DNA of 64,000 nucleotides, taken from the NCBI GenBank assembly GCA_965200245.1, contig CBDATS010000004.1, positions 1,440,001 through 1,504,000 of the forward strand, read 5' to 3'. Source of the DNA: a bacterium. GTDB taxonomy: Bacteria; UBA8248. The translations under genes were made by a program, and so were the position numbers. Shown in pieces: positions 28,502 to 38,196 of the stretch (the first letter of the stretch is position 1; each line of letters begins with the position of its first letter). The notes under the pieces were generated by a model. The model was not told the DNA's origin and made no database searches. It was given only the letters and a program-made list of their open reading frames with translations.

Positions 28502-29692
28502 AAAATTCCCGCTCTCCGGCGGATAGGTGAATAAATTGCTCCTGTGTCCTTCCAGTCCGGACGTTTCCCACGAGGGTGTTCCCCGGGGGGCAGGCATTTC
28601 GCCTTGTGCTACGCTCTGTTGCAGTCTTTGCCATTCGTTCTGGAGGTCCCTGGAATGTCCCCTGAAGTGCGGCATCACGTAACGCGCAAACAACTCAAGG
28701 GAGTCTCTTGTTTTCCGGTCGCCAACCCATTCATGTGTCGTGAGCATCAGGCCGCCGAAACCACCCGACTCCTCCTGCATTTTCTCTATCATCTCAATCG
28801 CATCATCCGGTGTGCCCACTATCCAGTTTCTTTGCACTGCAGCCGTTTTCGGCGTGATCTCCGAGCGTGGCTGATCGGGATAAGCCTCATAAGCCGGTTT
28901 CAAACCGATTTCCATAAAGTAATTCATGTCCCGCAGTGCGGATTTTTCGACGTCCGCCCAGGCTTTTTCGCGACTTTCGGCGAGATGCACGTACGTGGTG
29001 ATTCTCCAGTTTTCACGCGATACGCGTGTACCGTATTTTCGCGCACATTCCTCCATATAAGGCCACTGTTCGGAAAGCGAGAGATTCTCCATGATTTTCT
29101 TGCCGCCGGCAGAGAGCAGAATCATCTCGTATCGAGCAGCCATATCGATGGCTCCCTTGCTGCCCGCCGATGCGATGGCAAGAGGCATTCTGGGTTTTTG
29201 GTAGGAGCGGACCTGCAGGCACACATTTCTCAGTTTCCAGAAACGGCCCTCATAATCGAAAGGCTCGGACGATTCCAGCAGCTTGATGATGATATCCACC
29301 GACTCGTTTAGCATCGGGCGCAAGTCGCCGGGTGGAATGTCGAACAACTTGATGTCGCTTACCAGATTGCTCGGCCCTACCCCGAAAATGGCACGTCCCC
29401 TGGTTAGCTGGTCCAGAAACGCCATCCGCTCCGCCAAATGAAACGGATGATGGAAAGGAACGCTGATCACGGAAGTGCCCAGTCGGATTCGCTTCGCCTT
29501 GGCCGCTGCCATGGCAAGCGCCATCTCGGGTGCCGGAATCGTTTCCCAGCCTCCGGAATGATGTTCACCGATATAGAACTCATCAAAATCCAGATTGTCG
29601 ACATATTCGATGAGTGAAATGTCGCGTTCAAAGGCGAGTGATGGATTTTCTGAAGGGTGGTGAATCGGCATCATGAAAAAGGAAAATTTCAA
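28487..29692 (-). CDS. LLM-class (luciferase-like) flavin-dependent monooxygenase
   Basis: 'FFMMPIH', 'IGEHHSGGWE', 'IRLGTSV', 'RGRAIFGVGP', 'SLELFARYVMP'; TTG start at 29692 inferred from the RBS. Confidence 0.9.
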   Translation of the reverse strand: MKFSFFMMPIHHPSENPSLAFERDISLIEYVDNLDFDEFYIGEHHSGGWETIPAPEMALAMAAAKAKRIRLGTSVISVPFHHPFHLAERMAFLDQLTRGRAIFGVGPSNLVSDIKLFDIPPGDLRPMLNESVDIIIKLLESSEPFDYEGRFWKLRNVCLQVRSYQKPRMPLAIASAGSKGAIDMAARYEMILLSAGGKKIMENLSLSEQWPYMEECARKYGTRVSRENWRITTYVHLAESREKAWADVEKSALRDMNYFMEIGLKPAYEAYPDQPRSEITPKTAAVQRNWIVGTPDDAIEMIEKMQEESGGFGGLMLTTHEWVGDRKTRDSLELFARYVMPHFRGHSRDLQNEWQRLQQSVAQGEMPAPRGTPSWETSGLEGHRSNLFTYPPESGNFPRKS

Positions 29693-29887
29693 GGCGTGTT
29701 CCCCCCTTCTTGCAGTGTGAACAGGAAATTCCAGAATCCATCTTTGGATAATATCGTATTTCCGTATTTCCAGCATCCCAACACCAAAATTAAAATCCCT
29801 TCCTCTTGTCATGCCTGCTGAATTCCTCCATTATCCCCGCGCCTTGGGCGCAATCCCTGATGCTAGGAAACCTGATGCGAGGACAAT

Positions 29888-31693
29888 ATGGCCATCGTGA
29901 AACGAACCGACCTGAGAAATCTCGCCATCGTCGCTCATGTCGATCATGGCAAAACCACCCTCGTGGACGCCATGCTCTGGCAAAGCGGCATCTTCCGCGA
30001 AGAGCAGGATGTGGCGGAACGCGTACTTGATTCGATGGATCTCGAGCGGGAGAAGGGAATCACCATCATGGCGAAGAATTGCGCCATTGATTTCAACGGA
30101 ATTCGCTACAACATCGTCGATACGCCGGGACATGCGGATTTCGGTGGCGAGGTGGAACGCGTTCTCTCCATGGTGGATGGCGTGATGCTTTTGGTCGATG
30201 CTTCGGAAGGTCCTTTGCCGCAGACGCGGTTCGTCGTCAGCAAGGCACTGGAACAGGAACTCCCCTTTGTTGTCGTTATCAACAAAATCGACCGCTCCGA
30301 CGCAAGACCAGAGCAGGTTCTCGACGAAACCTACGATCTGTTCATCGACCTGGACGCCACAGAAATCCAACTGGATTTTCCCGTGCTCTACGCCATCGCA
30401 CGGGAGGGCAAAGCCGGCCTCGATCCCGATGACCTCGCTCCTACGCTGGAGCCCCTGTTCCACGCGCTCAAGTGCTCAATACCGCCCCCTCCGTATGATC
30501 CGGACAAACCACTTCAAATGCTCGTCTCTCGACTCGAATACGACAATTACGTGGGCCGCCTCTCCATCGGTCGAATATGGAACGGGCGACTCAGGGCTAG
30601 GACCCATGCTCTGGTTTTGGGGCATAACGGAAACCAGGAGAAAGGAGAGATTTCCTCCTTGTTCGGCTACGAGGGCTTGAGCCGCTACCAGATGGAACAG
30701 GCACTCGGAGGAGACATCGTGGCGGTAGCTGGTTTGGAGAACGTGGAAATCGGAGACACCATCGCGGACATGGATCATCCGGTCCCGCTTCCCGCCATCA
30801 CGGTGGATGAACCCACCATCGCCATGAACTTCAGGATCAACGATACGCCTCTGGCGGGACGCAGCGGAAAATACCTCACTTCGCGCCAGCTTCGGGAGAG
30901 ACTGCTGCGGGAGGCAAGAAATAACGTGGCCATCAGGATCGAAGAAACCGGTACCGCGGATACCCTGCGCGTATCCGGTCGCGGTTCCTTGCAACTCGCC
31001 GTGTTGATCGAGCAACTTAGGCGGGAGGAATACGAACTCACCGTCGGGCGCCCCGAGGTGATCATGCGCAAGGAAGACGGCAGGACCATGGAACCCATGG
31101 AAAACCTGGTGGTGGACGTTCCGGAAGAATTCATCGGGGCAGTCACGCAGGGTTTGGGGGCGCGCAAGGGGAAAGTGAACAGGATGATCAATCACGGTAA
31201 AGGGCGTGCGCGGCTCGATTTTTCCATCCCAAGTCGTGGCCTCATCGGGTATCGCAACGAATTCCTCACGCAGACCCGGGGAACGGGCATTCTCACCCAC
31301 ATTTTTGCCGGATGGAGTGAATGGGCAGGTGAGCTTCCGGGCAGATCGACGGGCGCATTGATATCGGACCGCGCAGGAAAAGTCACATCATACGCGGTGG
31401 AAAACATTCAGGAACGGGGGACTCTCTTCGTCGCGCCGGGAGAAGAGGTCTTTGCAGGTATGGTTATCGGCGAGAACAGCCGCGAACAGGACATGTTCGT
31501 GAATATCTCGAAGGAGAAGAAACTCACCAATATCCGGTCCGCCCACGCTGACATCTCCGCCCAACTTATCCCGCCAAGGCGATTCAGCCTGGAAGAAGCG
31601 CTCGAATTCCTGCGAGAGGGCGAATGCCTGGAAGTGACTCCTGAAATCTTCCGGTTGCGCAAGGAGAAACTAAAGGCGAGAAAACACGCTTAG
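29888..31693 (+). CDS. typA: Translational GTPase TypA/BipA
   Basis: 'AHVDHGKTT', 'EREKGITI', '[14 protein letters not shown]', 'NKID', '[11 protein letters not shown]'. Confidence 0.96.
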   Translation: MAIVKRTDLRNLAIVAHVDHGKTTLVDAMLWQSGIFREEQDVAERVLDSMDLEREKGITIMAKNCAIDFNGIRYNIVDTPGHADFGGEVERVLSMVDGVMLLVDASEGPLPQTRFVVSKALEQELPFVVVINKIDRSDARPEQVLDETYDLFIDLDATEIQLDFPVLYAIAREGKAGLDPDDLAPTLEPLFHALKCSIPPPPYDPDKPLQMLVSRLEYDNYVGRLSIGRIWNGRLRARTHALVLGHNGNQEKGEISSLFGYEGLSRYQMEQALGGDIVAVAGLENVEIGDTIADMDHPVPLPAITVDEPTIAMNFRINDTPLAGRSGKYLTSRQLRERLLREARNNVAIRIEETGTADTLRVSGRGSLQLAVLIEQLRREEYELTVGRPEVIMRKEDGRTMEPMENLVVDVPEEFIGAVTQGLGARKGKVNRMINHGKGRARLDFSIPSRGLIGYRNEFLTQTRGTGILTHIFAGWSEWAGELPGRSTGALISDRAGKVTSYAVENIQERGTLFVAPGEEVFAGMVIGENSREQDMFVNISKEKKLTNIRSAHADISAQLIPPRRFSLEEALEFLREGECLEVTPEIFRLRKEKLKARKHA

Positions 31694-31697
31694 CAAT

Positions 31698-32195
31698 CTA
31701 GCCATCCAGCGCCTTGTTCCATTCTTCAACCCTGCCCTTTTGTGCTTCGAGCAATTCGGAGGCGTCGCCTTCGATCTCGATACTCTCGATTCCGTCACCC
31801 TGTTCGATCGAATCCACCACATCCTGCCCGGTGGTGACCCGCCCGAAAACGGTATGTTTGCCATCAAGCCAGGCCGTAGGCACGTGCGTGATGAAAAATT
31901 GAGAACCATTCGTGCCCGGACCTGCGTTCGCCATCGAAAGGACACCCGGACCGTCATGGGGAAGATCGGAAGAGCACTCGTCTTCAAATTTATAGCCGGG
32001 GCCGCCCGTGCCCGTTCCGAGGGGACAGCCACCCTGAATCATGAAATCAGGGATCACACGGTGAAAAACAAGACCGTTATAGAAACCCCGCCGGGAAAGG
32101 TTCACGAAACTGGCCACAGTTACGGGCACCTTGTCTTCATGCAAATCGAGCCGTATCTCACCCCGGCTCGTCGTTATCACTGCGGAAAGCACCAT
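31698..32195 (-). CDS. Cyclophilin-type peptidyl-prolyl isomerase
   Basis: '[19 protein letters not shown]', '[17 protein letters not shown]', 'LDGKHTVFG'. Confidence 0.95.
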   Translation of the reverse strand: MVLSAVITTSRGEIRLDLHEDKVPVTVASFVNLSRRGFYNGLVFHRVIPDFMIQGGCPLGTGTGGPGYKFEDECSSDLPHDGPGVLSMANAGPGTNGSQFFITHVPTAWLDGKHTVFGRVTTGQDVVDSIEQGDGIESIEIEGDASELLEAQKGRVEEWNKALDG

Positions 32196-32292
32196 GAATT
32201 GCTCCTTGGGTTTACGGTGAACGAAAACGGACATTCATTTCGGTGACGAAGCGTAGCAGAACCATCCTTTCGGGTCTAAGGCCTCGAGGCAT

Positions 32293-33297
32293 TCACTGTA
32301 ATCCAAAAGCCTCCGCCAAAAGTTCATAGGATTTCACCCTGGCTTCAAAGCTGTACATCACGTTCACGATGACGAGTTCATCGACCCTGTGATCGGAAGC
32401 AAGGGTCTCGAGCCTTTTCTTGACTTGGCCCGGATCACCCGCAATGGTTCTGCTGTCGATATCCTGAGCGAAGGCGCGCTCCATGTCGGTCCACGGATAG
32501 GCGAGCGCTTCCTCCGGCGTGGGCACACCGCCTCCTTCTCCCCGGCGGCTTCTGAGCATGACGAGAGGCCTGCTGGCTGCATGAAAGAGTGCTTCTTCTT
32601 CGGTGGGCGCACAAATCACAAAAGCAGCGAGACTCCCCGCAGGCTCCTTGCATTTCGCCGACGGGCGAAAGTCCCTTCGGTACATATCCATCACCTGGAT
32701 GCTGCCGTATGTATTGATGAAATGCGCAAAAGAAAACGCGCAGCCAAAATGAGCGGCGAGAATCGCGCTTTGGTCCGAAGTTCCCAGGAGCCAAAACTCG
32801 GGCACCGTCTCTCCGGTGGGCATGGCGCGTATCCGGACGAAGGGATGGCCCTCGGGCAACGATCCTTCTATCCAGCCTCTGAGGTCGGAGACCTTTTGCG
32901 GAAAATCATCGTAGCGAAAACCGCTCTGCTCGGGCGCCAAAGCCGCAGATGTGAGCCTGTCGGCTCCGGGGGCGCGGCCCAGGCCCAAGTCGATGCGGCC
33001 TGGGTAGAGTGTTTCGAGTACCCGGAAAGACTCGGCCACCTTGAGCGCACTGTAGTGACTCAGCATGACACCACCCGAGCCTACGCGAATCGTGTCCGTC
33101 GTAGCGGCGATTTGGCCAATCAGGATTTCAGGCGACGTGCCAGCGAACGCTCCGTGGCTGTGATGTTCCGCCACCCAGTAGCGGTGATAGCCAAGGCGTT
33201 CGGCGGCTTGCGCCAACTGAACGGTATTGCCTATGGCTTCGGCCGCCGTTCCTCCCGAGCGTATGGGAGATTGATCCAAAACGCTCAAACGAATCAT
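32293..33297 (-). CDS. LLM-class oxidoreductase (YhbW-like)
   Basis: 'LSVLDQSP', 'WVAEHH', 'IRVGSGGVML', 'RIDLGLGRAPG'. Confidence 0.92.
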   Translation of the reverse strand: MIRLSVLDQSPIRSGGTAAEAIGNTVQLAQAAERLGYHRYWVAEHHSHGAFAGTSPEILIGQIAATTDTIRVGSGGVMLSHYSALKVAESFRVLETLYPGRIDLGLGRAPGADRLTSAALAPEQSGFRYDDFPQKVSDLRGWIEGSLPEGHPFVRIRAMPTGETVPEFWLLGTSDQSAILAAHFGCAFSFAHFINTYGSIQVMDMYRRDFRPSAKCKEPAGSLAAFVICAPTEEEALFHAASRPLVMLRSRRGEGGGVPTPEEALAYPWTDMERAFAQDIDSRTIAGDPGQVKKRLETLASDHRVDELVIVNVMYSFEARVKSYELLAEAFGLQ

Positions 33298-33336
33298 TTA
33301 TTCGAGAACCACTGTAAGGGGAATTTTCCAGCTTTC

Positions 33337-33963
33337 CTATTTTTGAGCCGGCGTAACCTGTATATGTTCTTCGATATGGAGCACGCCCTTCGTTTTGCGA
33401 ATGATCTCAATGACCAGTTTTTTTTCAGACTCCGTTATCGCCCGACCGATGACGTATACCTTGCCTCGCAAGGATTGCCAGCGATAGTTTATGGAACCTA
33501 CGCCTTCAGCCGCCAGGAGTTGTGCCTTGAGCTTGGCTTTTATCCACATATCGCTGGCTATTCGGCTGATTTGGACGATGTCGCCCTCCTTGGCCTTCGG
33601 TGTCTTTGCTTGTTCGCGGTTGTGCGCTACCTCGGCCGGAGAACCGAGAAGGATATGATCGTAAACGGCCTTGATTCTGGAGTCGCCCCTTGTGATGCTT
33701 AGAACAGCCTCCCGTTTTTTCTCCGAATCCACCATTCCGGTCAGCAACACTCTCCCTTCCCACACGTCCGTGTTCACATCGACCGGCAGGCCATTGTCGA
33801 CGCGCAAATACTCCTGCAGCAGATTCGCATGTATTTTTGCATCTTCGAGTTGTTGGTCCATGGAGCGGATTTCCAAAGCGCTCCTGATGCCTTTCTGGGC
33901 AACCAATACCGCCGCGGACACGCATCCGTTCACCCATAAAGGCAACAACACGACGATGAGCAT
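33337..33963 (-). CDS. Dual-BON-domain lipoprotein (DolP/YraP-like)
   Basis: Lipobox 'VNGC' and two BON repeats ('GRVLLTG', 'DMWIKAKLKAQL...GKVYVIG'); start approximate. Confidence 0.82.
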   Translation of the reverse strand: MLIVVLLPLWVNGCVSAAVLVAQKGIRSALEIRSMDQQLEDAKIHANLLQEYLRVDNGLPVDVNTDVWEGRVLLTGMVDSEKKREAVLSITRGDSRIKAVYDHILLGSPAEVAHNREQAKTPKAKEGDIVQISRIASDMWIKAKLKAQLLAAEGVGSINYRWQSLRGKVYVIGRAITESEKKLVIEIIRKTKGVLHIEEHIQVTPAQK

Positions 33964-34211
33964 GAATCTGGTGAATTTGCTCACGAGTTCCCTTGGAGGG
34001 CGGACGATAAGACAACACCTTGCATTTTGCCTCCAGACCATTTTGGAGGCAACTACCGGCAAAAAACTCACCCTGATCCCTCAAGCAGTGCGAATCGCAA
34101 TCTCGCTTTTCCGATTGCATAACCTCTTGAGAAAAAGCATCATGACGCTATTCATGACTGAATGGATGAAACCTCGAATTCTCGCATCACTTTCGTTTCC
34201 CAGGAGAAAAA

Positions 34212-34412
34212 ATGCCGATCTCAGACGATTCGTTGCAATCCCGTTGCGAAGACGTCTTCGGGAATTCGCTTGACCCGGAAGAACGCGCTTTCATAGGCAC
34301 TGCCTTGGGAAGCCTCGAGAAAGGGCATCCGCAGTTGGTGGAGCACCTCTCCTCGAAAACGGAACCATCCGGACACGCCGGATTCCTGCGTCTTCTCGCG
34401 GGGGAAAAATAA
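34212..34412 (+). CDS. Small hypothetical protein, candidate amidase partner subunit
   Basis: 66 aa, AGGAGA RBS, stop 1 bp before the amidase start. Confidence 0.6.
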   Translation: MPISDDSLQSRCEDVFGNSLDPEERAFIGTALGSLEKGHPQLVEHLSSKTEPSGHAGFLRLLAGEK

Positions 34413-34413
34413 A

Positions 34414-35826
34414 TTGACGAACGACCTGACGAGACTTACCGCTGCGGAAATCGTCGCGCATATCAGGGAAAAGAAAACCAGTGCCCTCGAAGTCACCGAG
34501 GCGCATCTGGAGCGCTCGAATGGCATCGGGCCGGCTTTGAACTCCTGGATCAGGCTCGATGCGGAAGGAGCCCTGGAGGTGGCGCGGGAAACGGACGCAG
34601 CCATCTCACGTGGTGACGACCCGGGACCCATGGCCGGTGTGCCGATAGGCTTGAAAGATTTGATAGACATGGAAGGCCTGCCCACCACGGCGGGCAGCAT
34701 TATCGACAAAGGGAACATCCCGGACGCCGACGCCTTGCTGACTCGCAAGATTCGCCGGGCGGGAGGTGTGATACTCGGAAAGCTCAACCTCCACGAATTT
34801 GCCTTCGGCCCTACCGGACACAACCCCCATTACGGGGATCAGAAAAATCCCTGGGGTACCGAGCGAATCACGGGCGGGTCGAGCGGCGGGTCGGGCAACA
34901 GTGTGGCAACGGGACAGGTCGCCATCGCCATCGGTTCGGATACGGGCGGTTCCATACGGATTCCCGCATCCTTGTGCGGGGTCATCGGGCACAAACCTAC
35001 GTTTGGGCTCGTCACGAAATCGAACTGCGCGCCATTATCGTGGTCGCTCGACTCGTTCGGGCCGTTGGCGAGGTCCGCCAGGGACTGTGCGCTCATGATG
35101 TCCGCCATCGCGGGACACGACCCTGCCGACCCCTCGTCCATCGCCGGAACACCACCCGACTTCATGGGCGAGTTGAGTAATCCCATCGAGAAATTTCGGG
35201 TTGGTCATGCACGCAACTACTACGAGCAACGCTCCGAACCTCCCGTGGCGGAAGCGGTGGAGAAATTGGCCCAGGCGATTCAGGAAGCGGGTGCACAGGT
35301 CGTCGAAATTGAAATACCCGATGTCGAATACGCTTCTCACGCGGCTTCGGTCTTGATGGTAGCCGAAGCGGCAGCCGTCCATGAGAAAAACGTGCATGAG
35401 AACGCGGCGGAATTCGACCAGGGCGTGCTGGGTAGAATCAGGCCCGGTTTTTTCATTCCTGCCACATCGTACATCCAGGCACATCGATTCAGAGAGCAGT
35501 GGACGAAACGCATATGCAAGGATGTATTCGGTCAGGTGGACCTCGTTCTTTCCGCCACGACCCCCGTTCCCGCGGTATTGCGTTCTCAGTCGTCGGAATA
35601 TATTCGGGGCAGGGAAATCGACATTCGAACGATCATGACTTCATTGACGAGGCTCTGGAATTTCTTCGGCGGGCCGTCCACGGCGTTTCCCGCGGGCATG
35701 AGCGAAAACGTCCTTCCGCTCGGAGCGCAAATCATGGGCGCGCCGTTTGCGGATCACCACACGCTGGCGTTTGCCCATCAACTCGAACAAAAGGGAATCG
35801 TGGAAGTGGAGAGGCCGCCTCTCTAG
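34414..35826 (+). CDS. Amidase-signature family enzyme
   Basis: 'GVPIGLKD', 'GKLNLHEFA', 'GGSSGGS', 'GSDTGGSIRIPA' (Lys-cisSer-Ser triad). Confidence 0.93.
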   Translation: MTNDLTRLTAAEIVAHIREKKTSALEVTEAHLERSNGIGPALNSWIRLDAEGALEVARETDAAISRGDDPGPMAGVPIGLKDLIDMEGLPTTAGSIIDKGNIPDADALLTRKIRRAGGVILGKLNLHEFAFGPTGHNPHYGDQKNPWGTERITGGSSGGSGNSVATGQVAIAIGSDTGGSIRIPASLCGVIGHKPTFGLVTKSNCAPLSWSLDSFGPLARSARDCALMMSAIAGHDPADPSSIAGTPPDFMGELSNPIEKFRVGHARNYYEQRSEPPVAEAVEKLAQAIQEAGAQVVEIEIPDVEYASHAASVLMVAEAAAVHEKNVHENAAEFDQGVLGRIRPGFFIPATSYIQAHRFREQWTKRICKDVFGQVDLVLSATTPVPAVLRSQSSEYIRGREIDIRTIMTSLTRLWNFFGGPSTAFPAGMSENVLPLGAQIMGAPFADHHTLAFAHQLEQKGIVEVERPPL

Positions 35827-35841
35827 CGTGAAGGCGCCGGA

Positions 35842-37098
35842 CTATTCCGGCCTGGATCCATCCGGCCCCATCGGGAACTTCTCGCAAAGCGATCGGACAT
35901 CTTCCTTGATAGAGGAGATGCGAGCCTCATCCGTAATATCGTCCAGCACATCGGCTATCCAGTCACCCACGACTTTCATCTCGGGTTCTTTCATCTGGCG
36001 CGAGGTCAATGCGGGCGTTCCGATGCGAATCCCGCTTGTGAACGCCGGTTTTCTGGTGTCGAATGGAATTGCGTTCTTGTTCACCGTAATCCCCGCCATG
36101 CCCAGGGCGGCTTCCGCCTTTTTGCCACTGAAACCGGCTTCGCGCAGATCCAGGAGAATCAGGTGATTGTCCGTGCCGCCCGAGACGAGATGGATGCCGC
36201 GATTCAGCAACGTGTCTGCGAGCACCTTCGCGTTTTTCACGATCTGCTCCGCATAGTCCCTGAATTCAGGCGTGCTCGCCTCCTTGAATGCTACCGCCTT
36301 GCCAGCGATGACGTGCATCAGAGGCCCGCCCTGAAGACCGGGAAAAACGGCCTTGTTCATCTCGGCCGCGTAGTCTTCGTCAGAAAGGATTATACCGCCC
36401 CTGGGACCCCTGAGCGTCTTGTGTGTCGTGGTGGTGACGATATGGGCATGACCTGCGGGACTTGGATGTACACCGCCGGCAATGAGCCCTGCAATATGAG
36501 CGATATCCGCCATCACAACGGCTCCCACCTCGTCCGCAATTTCCCTGAAACGCGAATAATCGATGGATCGCGGATACGCACTCGCTCCCACGACGATAAT
36601 CTTGGGGCGATATTCCTTTGCCTGGCTTTCTACTTCGTCTAAATCGATGACGTGGTTCTCGGGGTCAACCCCATAGGCTACCACCTTGAACCAGCGGCCC
36701 GAGAAAGTGACGGGGTGGCCGTGGGTGAGGTGGCCTCCATGTGACAGGTTCATCCCCAGAAGCGTATCGCCCGGTTCCAGCAACCCGTAATACACCGCGG
36801 CGTTTGCTTGGGCGCCACTGTGCGGCTGTACGCAGGCATGATCCATGCCGAATAGGGACTTCGCCCGCTCGATGGCGAGGGATTCGGCCACATCTACGAA
36901 ATGACACCCGCCATAGTATCGTCTCCCGGGAAATCCCTCCGCATATTTGTTCGTCATCACGCCGCCTACCGCTTCCATCACCGCCTTGCTCACGTAGTTC
37001 TCGGAAGCGATGAGTTCAAGTTCATCCGCCTGACGATGTTTTTCATCTTCCATGGCAGCGAAAATATCGGGATCTCCCAAGGCAAGTGCCGACGACAT
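35842..37098 (-). CDS. glyA: Serine hydroxymethyltransferase
   Basis: 'LIASEN', 'NKYAEG..GRRYYGG', 'HGGHLTHG', PLP lysine '[13 protein letters not shown]'. Confidence 0.97.
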   Translation of the reverse strand: MSSALALGDPDIFAAMEDEKHRQADELELIASENYVSKAVMEAVGGVMTNKYAEGFPGRRYYGGCHFVDVAESLAIERAKSLFGMDHACVQPHSGAQANAAVYYGLLEPGDTLLGMNLSHGGHLTHGHPVTFSGRWFKVVAYGVDPENHVIDLDEVESQAKEYRPKIIVVGASAYPRSIDYSRFREIADEVGAVVMADIAHIAGLIAGGVHPSPAGHAHIVTTTTHKTLRGPRGGIILSDEDYAAEMNKAVFPGLQGGPLMHVIAGKAVAFKEASTPEFRDYAEQIVKNAKVLADTLLNRGIHLVSGGTDNHLILLDLREAGFSGKKAEAALGMAGITVNKNAIPFDTRKPAFTSGIRIGTPALTSRQMKEPEMKVVGDWIADVLDDITDEARISSIKEDVRSLCEKFPMGPDGSRPE

Positions 37099-37264
37099 CG
37101 GCGGAACCTCCAGACTTTCAGGGCGTGGGTAAGCGGTACGGAATTTCCATGGCGAACCGAAGCTAACAAACCGGTTCGGGAGCGTCAATCCCGAAAGGCG
37201 AATGTGGCATGATTCCACGAGGTGTATAATGCCATTCGCACATCTCAGGAAAAAGGATATTGTC

Positions 37265-37729
37265 ATGTCGAACGAAGCCGGTGATTTGCTCGATATCTCC
37301 TCGGACGGGATTCCCGAAACGTCGCTTCCGGCCGAACCGGAAGAACTCGTCGCGTTGGACTCGCTTTGCGACGCCATCCTGTCGAGCGATGAAAGCCGGG
37401 GGGCGGCCATGGATGAGTTGAAGAATCTGGTGGCGCGATATCCGGATGCCCTGTCAGGCTGGGTGGCCATGGGGCGTATTGCGCTCGCGAACGAGGAAAC
37501 AATCAGTGCATATGCTTACTTCCGGGTCGCATATCACAGGGGGCTGGACAAGGCCCGCGGCTCGGGCTGGCGCGGCGATGGACGTATTCCCTGGAAAATT
37601 TCCGCCAATCAACCGTTTTTGCGTGCCATTCACGGGTTGGGGCAATGTGCCGCCGCAATCGGAGAATCCGACGAGGCGAAACGATGCGATGAATTTCTGG
37701 GGATACTCGACCCGGATCACCCGCTCTAG
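37265..37729 (+). CDS. DUF3151-like protein
   Basis: '[25 protein letters not shown]...NQPFLRA...AAAIGE.DE..RC..FL' pattern. Confidence 0.78.
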   Translation: MSNEAGDLLDISSDGIPETSLPAEPEELVALDSLCDAILSSDESRGAAMDELKNLVARYPDALSGWVAMGRIALANEETISAYAYFRVAYHRGLDKARGSGWRGDGRIPWKISANQPFLRAIHGLGQCAAAIGESDEAKRCDEFLGILDPDHPL

Positions 37730-37840
37730 CGGAGCGTTTCCTTCACTCAACGCAGGAAACGGAAGAATGCCTGAATGCCCGGCTGGTCCCGATGCCGAGA
37801 CCGGGAAACGGACCCTCTCTCTACAGGCTGAATTCCGTCC

Positions 37841-38167
37841 TCATCCGCCCATGTATTGACCCATGAGGAGGATGAGATCGCCCTCTTTCATCTCGGAATC
37901 CAGCTTGTGATGGATTCCCAGTAGCGCATCGTTCACGGCGATCTCGAGGTGTTCCGCCAATTCGCCTGTGCCGTTGTGCCAAAGCGCTTCATCCAGGGAT
38001 CGGTAACGCCTGCTCATCTTTTTGAGGACATCCCGGAGCGTGGCGCCTTCCGGAACTTCTTCTTCGAAAATCTTGCGCTCGTTCCCGTCGCCGCCCACGA
38101 ACGTCGACGCCCAAGAGATGAACTCTAGACGGACGCAAATTGCCTTGACGCTTTTCGTCTCGCTCAT
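37841..38167 (-). CDS. MoaD/ThiS family sulfur carrier
   Basis: Ubiquitin-like size, 'IAVND', and C-terminal 'GG'. Confidence 0.88.
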   Translation of the reverse strand: MSETKSVKAICVRLEFISWASTFVGGDGNERKIFEEEVPEGATLRDVLKKMSRRYRSLDEALWHNGTGELAEHLEIAVNDALLGIHHKLDSEMKEGDLILLMGQYMGG

Positions 38168-38196
38168 GGGCGCTATCCCCGGAATTCAAGTTCAGG

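Noticed and set aside
34414-35826. Calling the amidase gatA
   Set aside because: No gatB is adjacent, the upstream ORF is not recognisably GatC, and the protein reads 'HEFAFG' rather than the GatA-typical 'DEFAMGS'.
37099-37260. ZTP (pfl) riboswitch upstream of glyA
   Set aside because: The conserved GACUGGCG/GGUGGG..CCACC/CGCCUGGG elements were not found; only promoter-like boxes and short hairpins are present.
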